In this document: in pieces, positions 55,301 through 62,366 of the stretch
Layout: each line of letters begins with the position of its first letter
Numbering within the stretch: position 1 is the stretch's first letter
NCBI GenBank assembly: GCA_905215695.1
Contig: CAJMQN010000006.1
Location: forward strand, 60,726 to 124,725
Direction of reading: 5' to 3'
DNA: 64,000 nucleotides
Origin: an uncultured bacterium
Lineage (GTDB): Bacteria > Bacillota > Clostridia > Christensenellales > HGM11417
The notes under the pieces: generated by a model
The model's input: only the letters and a program-made list of their open reading frames with translations
What the model was told of the DNA's origin: nothing
Database searches by the model: none
Position numbers and translations under genes: made by a program

Positions 55301-56381
55301 ATTTAACGGAAAGACGGTCGCTGAGCTCAATGCGGTGGAAACGGTCGTAACTCTCGAATGGGTCTCTGTGACAGAGCTGAAATATACCATCGCAAAATCT
55401 GCGCTCTCCGACGGCAAACTCAACCTGAAAATCGAAAAAGGTTTTGTGTTCCCGAACGGAGAGAGCCTTGGGGCGGAAACATTGCTGTACTATGATTTCG
55501 GCGAGGCGTTCTGGCTCAAAAATTCTTCTCCGATTGAAAAAGAGGTTTGGGAGGGCGTGCTTCCCGACAGCGTGGAGAAACCTGTCGCGCAGGCGGGCGG
55601 AGCATACATGATTGCGGTCAACTTCAAGAGCAACCTTGTCTCGCCCGAAAATTCTTATCTGCGTCTCGCAAATGTTGCGTTGCCCGCAAATACTCTGTTG
55701 GCGAGGACGCAAGCGCATGTTCCCGGCTATTATTACGACGCGGAGATTCTTGAATTCATGATTCGTTTCGGAGTGCGCGACTCTGTCCTCGACGGAATCC
55801 GTCTAAATGGCAAAAGCCTGCGCGAGATGATGGCGGAAGAGACTTCCGAAGCCCTCGCAAAGGACTGCCTCCAAGTGGATTTCCGAGGGAGTCAGCTCCT
55901 CATCTTCGTGACAGGGGAGAGCAAGTTCAAAATAACAGACCCCGAGGGCATGGAACTTGAGCTTTTGAAAAATCTTTCCTTCCAATCCGGCAAGTGGCTG
56001 AACGCAGACTCGAAATACGTTTACCGTTCGGGAGAATGGAGGACGGAGGACAGCGAAGAACCGACGCCCGACCCGGATAAAACTGCGGCGGAAGCGGTGG
56101 TTGCGCTCATTGATGCGATTCCCGCAGACATAACGCTTTCGGATAAGTCCAAGGTATCCGCGGCGCGGGCAGCTTATGACGCTTTGACCGCCGCGCAGAA
56201 GGAGCTTGTTCCCTCGGCAAAGCTCAACAAACTCACAAGCGCGGAGACGGCGCTCCGCGCACTCGAGTCGCCCGATGAACCGAAAGGCGGGTGCGGCGGC
56301 TGCGGCAAGGGAGGAAGTTCGGCATTGCTGTCCGTTCTGCTCCTGCTCGGCGGCTTGGCGTTCGTAGGAAAAATCAGATAG
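52326..56381 (+). CDS. 1351-aa secreted repeat protein with a Cys-Gly C-terminal anchor/sorting tail
   Basis: It has a signal peptide (MAKKKIAILGLSLLFLVSVLTGLGLG..ASAAD) and at least 5 tandem units of about 130-147 aa. A helical segment follows (AVVALIDAIPADITLSDKSKVSAARAAYDALTAAQKELV). The tail is PKGGCGGCGKGGSSALLSVLLLLGGLAFVGKIR. There is no LPXTG motif. Confidence 0.8.
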   Translation: MAKKKIAILGLSLLFLVSVLTGLGLGVNRPASAADTLEIAGISGYEASGDRNDTTAIVNFSGTGAGAEGDDLTDVASVMDNILVNNASLSAIQSAGQLKSVTRGPGFSVKIVVNSQVHTFLMTLKAGLTLDGFTLTADAVYEKAADNSFSLRREEPAAAKVLYIGSQAFYYSSLPTPEVAKAFFLVFNKPGTDTEADLVDMRTRILYSDGQGNEQPVYDLYRNGGYFNGEVQFGMMQYVVYMPSAYQVAGATLTVPAGLSLADGVKTAAEQIFTFDGNKWTETTEPPESAEEVTVTKIQSIGANGDYWRVKVFFSDPGENADTEGKALYKLRREVKLNGALGIPEGDADSIVNSIYFDEVEGVATGNLNLYFKGYKPGEMNTLELPGGLNFAGGKVMTESAVFYNQSGNLWYEKQSDALPPTATSAVEGGTSEYDGETYRQLLITFDWTGSNGAALYSSLFPWLHRVTLNGELINAESYADLDAAGSGVKYYGSSYFDSQNMRVLKCYFPESLRSGGIDELVLPAGLRLDNEKDTKEKTFYGYRGGWYNTREEAENAKANILGVTTKNIYELNRDGDQIHDSDAYMVVGIRFDRAGANDISSDATALSVLRAGVLFNGKPLTGNLVNSCYFEDSDSQILKFWLPYSNCNFDGYDTLYVPGGYTLSGGYVEEGKTFYGRAGVWQESAEGLPQWNFATLDKLYDPGIPRNADDGTVLRDVEIYFTTPGNNSAHESILTLWFLQRNMTLNGEKMYKAGNGFYFDDNNLYRFFARTADSLRRSDGTPDELYLPGPFMVGDKIFPGGVTYYGRYGVWSEDASELPAVTETGKVCEVVEQGQEEGFFRLVKLKFDISAAASDGQANVDVPGYALYELRRGIRINGNPIREEVMNSAYFNPEAEYNWQWFVVWLHQSDRNSSGYDELYIPGGLWMKDGKRTGEGQTLYFYENAWHLEKPALKPSFTELAGDEFLEGSILFNRPAAETGDEFSVGETALKFNGKTVAELNAVETVVTLEWVSVTELKYTIAKSALSDGKLNLKIEKGFVFPNGESLGAETLLYYDFGEAFWLKNSSPIEKEVWEGVLPDSVEKPVAQAGGAYMIAVNFKSNLVSPENSYLRLANVALPANTLLARTQAHVPGYYYDAEILEFMIRFGVRDSVLDGIRLNGKSLREMMAEETSEALAKDCLQVDFRGSQLLIFVTGESKFKITDPEGMELELLKNLSFQSGKWLNADSKYVYRSGEWRTEDSEEPTPDPDKTAAEAVVALIDAIPADITLSDKSKVSAARAAYDALTAAQKELVPSAKLNKLTSAETALRALESPDEPKGGCGGCGKGGSSALLSVLLLLGGLAFVGKIR
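53193..55181 (+). repeat. five clear tandem protein-level repeats inside the 1351-aa ORF
   Basis: The recurrent pattern is ..L(Y/S)..R..(V/I/M).(L/F/I)NG....YF(D/E/N)....(D/N)(E/T)L.(L/V/I)PGG......(F/Y)Y...G.W.(E). The NG motif falls at aa 338, 470, 617, 747 and 878. Nucleotide similarity between units is low. Confidence 0.65.
56280..56378 (+). other. tripartite C-terminal signal, copy 2 (GCGGCGKG motif, hydrophobic helix, KIR)
   Basis: The last 33 codons of the 1351-aa protein, with the same motif order as 49856-49948. Confidence 0.6.
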
Positions 56382-56390
56382 AACAGAACA

Positions 56391-56425
56391 GGGGCGGAGG
56401 ATTTCCTTCCGTCCCTTTCGTTTTT
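56391..56425 (+). terminator. intrinsic terminator after the 1351-aa ORF
   Basis: Stem ggggcgga pairs with tccgtccc (one G-T pair), then tttcgttttt. Confidence 0.65.
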
Positions 56426-56486
56426 ATCACAATGCGCGAAATATTTTTCAAAAGTTACGCATTTTGCGCGCAAACAAAAAAAAGGA

Positions 56487-56515
56487 TTGACCTTGCGGTG
56501 GAGCACCGCTATAAT
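56487..56515 (+). promoter_or_regulatory. candidate sigma-A promoter for the Gfo/Idh/MocA-GH13 operon
   Basis: ttgacc (56487-56492), a 17-nt spacer, then tataat (56510-56515). Confidence 0.55.
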
Positions 56516-56543
56516 AGAGAATGAATTTGCAGGGAGGAAAGAG

Positions 56544-57566
56544 ATGAGAAAGGTAAAATGGGGCATCGTAGGAAGCGGCGGTATCGCGGAGCGCAGGACG
56601 ATTCCGGGGCTGTTGAAGTGCGAAAACGCGGAGCTTGCCGCGTGTATGGACAGGGACGGGAACGCCGCCCGGCGGGTGGCGGATCAATTCGGGGCAAAGC
56701 TCGCATGCACGGAACTCGGCGAACTGCTTGCCGCGGAACTCGACGCGGTGTATATTGCGACGCCCGTATTCGCGCACGAGGAGCAGGCGCGCGCCGCGCT
56801 CGCCGCGGGCAAGCATGTGCTCGTCGAAAAGCCGCTCGCCATGAACGCGCTTTCGGCGGCAAGCCTTGTGGAGAGCTTTCGGGAGAAAAACCTGCTGCTG
56901 ATGGCGGGGTATATGATGCGTTACCACAACCTGCACGGAGAGATGAAGCGCATTCTCTCGGAAGGCGGCATCGGTACGCCCGTGAGCGCGGATTTACAGT
57001 TCTCTTGTTGGTATCCTCGAGTGTCGGGGAGCTGGCGACAGGACAGGGCAAAGGGGGGCGGCGGCGCGGTCATGGACCTCGGCGTGCACTGCCTTGACCT
57101 GCTGTCCTGGTTGACCGACGCCAAAGTGAAAGAGGTAAAGGCTTTTTGCGCGAATCAGGTGCAGGATTACGAGGTCGAGGACGGCGCGAATATCCTTTTG
57201 ACCCTTGAAAACGGGATTCTCGCCCGGGTGCAGGTCAACTTCAACGTGCCGGACGCCCTTCCCTCGCGGGTGGAGCTGAAGGGCACTGCGGGCGCTCTCG
57301 TCGCCGAGGGCACTCTCGGGCAGACGGAAAGCGGCAGTCTGACCTGGCTCTACGCGCCGCAGAAGAGCTACGACGCGGCGCAGAATAACCCCGAACCCCG
57401 AAAAACCGTCTTTCCCGGCGGAGGCGGGGATATTTACGCAAAGCAGGTCGCGGACTTTTCCCGGCGGGTGCTTGAGAAAAATTTTGACTGTTCATTTGCG
57501 GAGAGTTCCGTCGAGGTACAGCGATTGGTTCAGGAAATATACAGAAATTCGGAGGAAGGAAAATGA
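56544..57566 (+). CDS. Gfo/Idh/MocA-family oxidoreductase (paralogue 2)
   Basis: ATG at 56544 follows gggagga and gives MRKVKWGIVGSGGIAERRTIP (Rossmann fold). It has the EKP motif VLVEKPLA. Its stop overlaps the GH13 start (ATGA). Confidence 0.85.
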   Translation: MRKVKWGIVGSGGIAERRTIPGLLKCENAELAACMDRDGNAARRVADQFGAKLACTELGELLAAELDAVYIATPVFAHEEQARAALAAGKHVLVEKPLAMNALSAASLVESFREKNLLLMAGYMMRYHNLHGEMKRILSEGGIGTPVSADLQFSCWYPRVSGSWRQDRAKGGGGAVMDLGVHCLDLLSWLTDAKVKEVKAFCANQVQDYEVEDGANILLTLENGILARVQVNFNVPDALPSRVELKGTAGALVAEGTLGQTESGSLTWLYAPQKSYDAAQNNPEPRKTVFPGGGGDIYAKQVADFSRRVLEKNFDCSFAESSVEVQRLVQEIYRNSEEGK

Positions 57567-59152
57567 ACAAGTGGCTGAAGGACGCAATTATCTATCAGGT
57601 TTATCCGCTGACCTTCTGCGACGCAAACGGGGACGGAATCGGCGACCTTGCGGGCGTGGAGAGCAAGCTTGACTATATCAAAGACCTTGGGGCGGACGTT
57701 ATCTGGCTGAATCCCATCTATCCCTCGACCTTTACGGACGGCGGGTACGACGTGACGGAATTCTGCGATATCGACCCGCGCTTCGGCACGCTCGAGGATT
57801 TCGACTCCTTGGTTGCGGCGTGCAAGAAGAGGGGGCTTCGTCTCGTTCTCGACTTCGTGCCCGGACATACCTCTTACAAACATCCGTGGTTCGAGAAATC
57901 CGCGACCTTCGAGCCGAACGAGTATTGGGACCGCTACATTTGGACGGACAGCGTTTTCAATAAGTACGCGGACAAATCCATTCACGGCTTTTACGACCGC
58001 GACGGGGGATATGTGGTCAACTATTACGCCACGCAGCCCGCGCTGAACTACGGTTTCAATCGATTGACCGACCGTGCTCCCGAAAGTCCCTACGACTGCG
58101 GGGACAAGTGGAAGATGCACTACACGGACCCCCGACTCAAACCTCTGCGCGAGGGGATTGTTGCCGCGCTGAAATTCTGGCTGGACCGGGGAATCGACGG
58201 ATTCCGCATGGACTGCGCGAATTCTCTTGTCAAGGAGTGCCTGCCCAATTCGCCCCGGGACGAGGATCTCGAGGGACTTTTGTGGGTGTGGAAAGAAATA
58301 TTCGCCGCTCTGCGCCCCGCCTATCCCGACGCCATGTTCATCGCGGAATGGATTTGCCCGGAAAATTCCGTGGGTAAGGCGGGATTTGACCTCGACTACT
58401 TCGGGCACGACATGCCTTGGTACAACGCGCTCTTCCGCAACACGCCGGGTTCCAACATTCTGCGCGGACTCGAGCGCGGCGAAAACTATTTTTCGGAGAA
58501 GGGCGCGGGGTCGGTCTCGGAATTTCTGCGGTACTGCGAGAGCCTTTGGACAAAATTGGACGGAAAGGGATATTTCTCTGTGCCGAGCGGGTACCACGAC
58601 GTCATACGGCTCGCAAAGAACAAGACCGAATCGGAATTAAAGACGGCGTTTGCCTTTCTTTTGACCTTCAAGCACGTACCGCTCGTGTATTACGGGGACG
58701 AAATCGGCATGACCCAACGCGAGAACATCAACCGTGACGGCGGATACGTCCGCACGGGTGCGCGCACGCCCATGCAGTGGACGGACGGAAAGAACCGCGG
58801 GTTCTCTTCTGCGCCCGAAAAAGACCTCTATCTGCCCGTAAACGGGAATGCGGGGGAATCCGTCGAGTCGCAAAAAGCGCGTCCGGATTCGTTGTACAAT
58901 CTCGTCAAGAGACTGACAGCCCTTCGCAAGGCGCACGCCGCCCTGTGCGCGGACGGGTGTATCCGAATTCTCGCGGAAGGGTATCCGCTTTGCTACGAAC
59001 GGTTTGACGGGGAAGAACGTTTTTTGGTCTGCGTCAATCCGTCGGCGGAGTCCCGTCCGATTGTCGGGGCGTATTCGGAAATCGTTTATGCAGAGCATTT
59101 TGACGAAAAAAATCGCGAATTGAGCGGGGGCGGAATCCTGATTGCGCGTTAA
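57563..59152 (+). CDS. GH13 alpha-glucosidase / oligo-1,6-glucosidase-like enzyme (cytoplasmic)
   Basis: N-terminus MNKWLKDAIIYQVYPLTFCDANGDGIGDLAGV. It has GH13 regions DFVPGHTS (I), GIDGFRMDCAN (II, nucleophile Asp), FIAEW (III, acid/base Glu) and SGYHD (IV). Confidence 0.85.
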   Translation: MNKWLKDAIIYQVYPLTFCDANGDGIGDLAGVESKLDYIKDLGADVIWLNPIYPSTFTDGGYDVTEFCDIDPRFGTLEDFDSLVAACKKRGLRLVLDFVPGHTSYKHPWFEKSATFEPNEYWDRYIWTDSVFNKYADKSIHGFYDRDGGYVVNYYATQPALNYGFNRLTDRAPESPYDCGDKWKMHYTDPRLKPLREGIVAALKFWLDRGIDGFRMDCANSLVKECLPNSPRDEDLEGLLWVWKEIFAALRPAYPDAMFIAEWICPENSVGKAGFDLDYFGHDMPWYNALFRNTPGSNILRGLERGENYFSEKGAGSVSEFLRYCESLWTKLDGKGYFSVPSGYHDVIRLAKNKTESELKTAFAFLLTFKHVPLVYYGDEIGMTQRENINRDGGYVRTGARTPMQWTDGKNRGFSSAPEKDLYLPVNGNAGESVESQKARPDSLYNLVKRLTALRKAHAALCADGCIRILAEGYPLCYERFDGEERFLVCVNPSAESRPIVGAYSEIVYAEHFDEKNRELSGGGILIAR

Positions 59153-59231
59153 AACCGCTCGATAACCGCAAAAAAATACGTAAAAATCGATTAAAAACGC
59201 ATCAAAAAACAACGGATTAGAATTTGATTCT

Positions 59232-59274
59232 AAAAAATGTGAGACTTTTTGGCCAAAAAGTCTCACATTTTTTT
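59232..59274. terminator. strong bidirectional terminator between GH13 and the convergent AraC gene
   Basis: A perfect 19-nt palindrome arm aaaaaatgtgagacttttt, loop ggcc, then aaaaagtctcacatttttt. Confidence 0.85.
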
Positions 59275-60043
59275 ATCGAATCTGTTTTTCGCTGTCTTTG
59301 AGCGCGCGATAGTAACTGCTCAAACTGTTGAACCCGCATTCGGTCGCAATCTCGAGGACGGTATCTTTGCCGTCGTTTTTCTCAATCCGTTCCCTGACGA
59401 GCCGAAGCCTTGCGCGGTTGAGATACTCCTTTAGATGCATGCCTGTCACGCGGTTAAACATGGAGGAAAAATAATTTTTACAATAACCGAATTCGCCTGC
59501 GAGCCCTTCGAGCGTGAGCGGTTCTGCGGCATGTTCGTCGATATAGCGCAGAATCTGCGCGGCGGCGGCGTCCTTTGCGTCCGGTCTGCGGTCGGCGGGG
59601 TAAACGGTCGCGAGCAGTCCGAGAAGGTAGGTCGCGAGCCCGTAGCGCATGAGCGCGTCCGCGTCCTGCCATTTCACGCGCATGACCTCGAGCCAATCGA
59701 AAACTTCGGGCGTAATCTCCGAAACGGGCAGAAAACTGCGGAAAATTCCTCCGTGCATGTTGAAAAACCGCCGCAGAAGATTTTGGGAAATCAGCATGAC
59801 ATAGACCTCGTTCTCTTCGCCGCAGCGGTAGTGATGAACGTGGTAACTCGGAACAACGGCAATTTCGCCCGCCTCGAGAACTTTCGAGACGCCGTTGACA
59901 AAGACCTCCGCGCGTCCGGACTTGACGAAAAAGAATTCTGTTGTGAGATGAAAATGCGCACAGCAGTTGTCGCCGAAACTGTGCCTGAAGTAGAGATAGT
60001 CCGCGTGGTCCGCCTCGCGCTCATAGATACAATCCGCTTTCAT
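59273..60043 (-). CDS. AraC-family regulator with an N-terminal cupin domain (paralogue 2)
   Basis: 256 aa, collinear with the regulator at 39351-40118 (GEIAVVPSYHVH, LTLEGLAGEFGYCKNYFSSMFNRVTGMHLKEYLNRARL, GFNSLSSYYRALK). Stretches of about 100 nt are also visibly similar at the DNA level. Confidence 0.85.
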   Translation of the reverse strand: MKADCIYEREADHADYLYFRHSFGDNCCAHFHLTTEFFFVKSGRAEVFVNGVSKVLEAGEIAVVPSYHVHHYRCGEENEVYVMLISQNLLRRFFNMHGGIFRSFLPVSEITPEVFDWLEVMRVKWQDADALMRYGLATYLLGLLATVYPADRRPDAKDAAAAQILRYIDEHAAEPLTLEGLAGEFGYCKNYFSSMFNRVTGMHLKEYLNRARLRLVRERIEKNDGKDTVLEIATECGFNSLSSYYRALKDSEKQIR

Positions 60044-60164
60044 AGAATTTATTATAGCATAGGAAGCGTGTTTTGTGCGCTATTTTCTTACAAAATAGGG
60101 TAGAAAATAATGTGTCAATCGAGAAATTAAGGAAAATATTGGTATCCTTGCGGAAAGTTAGGGA

Positions 60165-60193
60165 TTTACAAGCGGTTTGCAATCGCTTATAAT
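60165..60193 (+). promoter_or_regulatory. candidate sigma-A promoter for the 664-aa ORF
   Basis: tttaca (60165-60170), a 17-nt spacer, then tataat (60188-60193). Confidence 0.45.
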
Positions 60194-60244
60194 AGGGGGG
60201 AACTCGGACAGGGAAACAATCTTGGATTTTGTGGGGAGGACGAG

Positions 60245-62239
60245 ATGGGAGGCGAAGGTATAGCGGGCGAAAAATGGTGTTGGATTGAGCTGATTGGATT
60301 TGACAGGGACAGCCCGGATTATGCCGTGGGAGAATTTTTGAAAAAGTTCGGCGGTGCTCCCGCGGGGGTATCCCTGCTCTTTGCGGACATCGGTTTTGTG
60401 CTGGGACACAGGAGTAACGGAGAGTATGCGTTCCGCCCCTGCGACTGTGTTTACGGAAAGAAGAATCGCAATGAGGAGCGGGAACGGCAGGCGTGGACCA
60501 GCCGAGACCTTGCGGAGTTGATTGCCCAACTACAGGCGCGGGGCATCAAGGTCTATCTCTCGTTTTTTAACTTTGCGAAGGATAATATAGCCGGAGAAAT
60601 CGACCTTTTACCCCTTCGGGAGCGGGACCGATTCGGCAACTATCGGGATTCTATCTTTGTGCTTAAGCACACCGCGGACGGTAAAGCCTTTTCGCGCACG
60701 CTTTTTCCAAAACTTCGTCAGGTCGTGCGGGACTTCGGATTTGACGGCGTACAGATTGCGGACGGCATCTCAAGCGCGCGATACTCCGTGGAGGCGGGGG
60801 ACTTTTCGGATGATATTGTCGGACGATTTTTCGCGGCAGAGGGAATTACGGGGCTACCTGTCCGCTGCGACGGTTCAGAGGAATACGGCGTTCGGCGGGA
60901 AAAAATTCTTTCGCGATATCGGCTTTCCTGGACAAAGTTTCTCATGGGGCTTTGGAAGGAATATTATGCGGATATGCACCGGGAATTGGCAGGCGTTCCG
61001 CTCCTAATCAACAGCTTTTGGACGCGCGACCCCTTTGAGGCGATGTACCGATACGGTATCGACTACCGGGACTGTATTCAAAAGGGAGACCGGCTCATGA
61101 TTGAGGAAGTTTCCGCGACGAGAAGAATTCTCGCAGACGAGGACCAAGGGAACTTCTATTTGTCCCTTGCCGAGCGCGATTTCTTTCACTATGAATTTTA
61201 CCTCATGCAGATGTCAATAAAATGCTGTTTGCCCCAGAACAGACAGCTTACTCTGACACCTATTAAGGATACGACAGAACAGTGGGATATTCTCAGGCAT
61301 GCGCCCATGGAGCTCGCCCGGGCTATTTATCGCAGAAATAACGGGTTTGTTACGCGGAATGGAAAACTTGTCCGATATTCGGATGGACCGCTGTACTGCC
61401 TTTCGGATGGTGTGCCCGAGGAGAACTGGCGGTATCTCGAAGGGCTGGAGCGTATGCGGCTCGATACGCCGGACGCCGCCGAGGGAATGACTCTGCTTTG
61501 GTCGGATACGCGGTTGGACAGAGAATTCGAGGAATACGGAAGTACAAGAAATTATACAGCGACGGCGATTCACAATGCGCTGATTTCTGCGGGACTCAGC
61601 GTGAGTGCGATGGCGCGTGCGGACGAGTTGGAGGGATTGAAAACGCCGCTGCTCATTGCGAACCCCGGTTTTCTTTCCGAATCGGAACGGGACGCTGTGC
61701 GGAGATGCGGCGCGCCGGTTATGACAGTCGGCTTTGGAGAACTCGGCGGAGAGGCGGTGTGGACGGCGGAGATCGGGGATTTTTCTTGTCGGCTGTACGG
61801 CGGAAAACCGCCCGAAGAGGATTGGGAGAAACCGCTCCGAAGTGTTCTTGCAGAGTTTGATTTTTCGCCCTGCGAACAGTCGGCTTTCGACGCGGAATTG
61901 GGAATATGGACTTATCCACTCCGATATCGGAGACTCCCGAAAGATTTTTTCTCCGCGCTTTCGCTGTTTGCGAACCGGTATTTCGGATTTCCGCACACGG
62001 ACTGCCCGAAAAAGCGGTGCAAGGTCACCGGATTTCGGCGGGGGGAGAAACTATTTCTGATTCTGAGCAACGACGACTATTTCTATATTATTCCCGAGGT
62101 GAAACTCGGGCGCAAAATCCGGTCTGCAAAATCGCTCGTTAAATACGACGGCTATGAGATTTTGTATGACGGCTGTACCTTCCGGGACAGAATCCCGCCG
62201 CGCGGCATGGATCTTGTTGAAATTATTTTTGATTCGTAA
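60245..62239 (+). CDS. hypothetical cytoplasmic 664-aa protein (possible glycoside-hydrolase-like enzyme, by position only)
   Basis: ATG at 60245 follows ggggagga. It has no signal peptide and I recognised no motif. It occupies the same slot as the GH20-like gene in the paralogous locus (divergent from AraC, followed by the inverted-repeat element and a permease). Confidence 0.6.
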   Translation: MGGEGIAGEKWCWIELIGFDRDSPDYAVGEFLKKFGGAPAGVSLLFADIGFVLGHRSNGEYAFRPCDCVYGKKNRNEERERQAWTSRDLAELIAQLQARGIKVYLSFFNFAKDNIAGEIDLLPLRERDRFGNYRDSIFVLKHTADGKAFSRTLFPKLRQVVRDFGFDGVQIADGISSARYSVEAGDFSDDIVGRFFAAEGITGLPVRCDGSEEYGVRREKILSRYRLSWTKFLMGLWKEYYADMHRELAGVPLLINSFWTRDPFEAMYRYGIDYRDCIQKGDRLMIEEVSATRRILADEDQGNFYLSLAERDFFHYEFYLMQMSIKCCLPQNRQLTLTPIKDTTEQWDILRHAPMELARAIYRRNNGFVTRNGKLVRYSDGPLYCLSDGVPEENWRYLEGLERMRLDTPDAAEGMTLLWSDTRLDREFEEYGSTRNYTATAIHNALISAGLSVSAMARADELEGLKTPLLIANPGFLSESERDAVRRCGAPVMTVGFGELGGEAVWTAEIGDFSCRLYGGKPPEEDWEKPLRSVLAEFDFSPCEQSAFDAELGIWTYPLRYRRLPKDFFSALSLFANRYFGFPHTDCPKKRCKVTGFRRGEKLFLILSNDDYFYIIPEVKLGRKIRSAKSLVKYDGYEILYDGCTFRDRIPPRGMDLVEIIFDS

Positions 62240-62241
62240 AA

Positions 62242-62344
62242 GCGTACCTTTCCGAAATTAAAAAATCACCCAAAAAAGCATAAAAAAAGCCCCGTTCCGA
62301 AGAGGAACAGAGCAAAATGTTTGGTACGGAAAGGTACACCTTTT
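62242..62344 (+). promoter_or_regulatory. inverted-repeat intergenic element, copy 2
   Basis: Left arm gcgtacctttcc (62242-62253) and right arm ggaaaggtacac (62328-62339) are complementary at 11 of 12 positions, with an A-rich interior. The right-arm box tttggtacggaaaggtacacctttt resembles copy 1. Confidence 0.4.
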
Positions 62345-62366
62345 AAAACGAGTAAGGGGGTCTCCA

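Noticed and set aside
62317-62346. 9-codon upstream ORF (MFGTERYTF) overlapping the right arm of inverted-repeat element copy 2, preceded by gaggaa.
   Set aside because: The equivalent position in copy 1 has only ATG-TGA. The peptide is therefore not conserved, and I regard the ORF as fortuitous.
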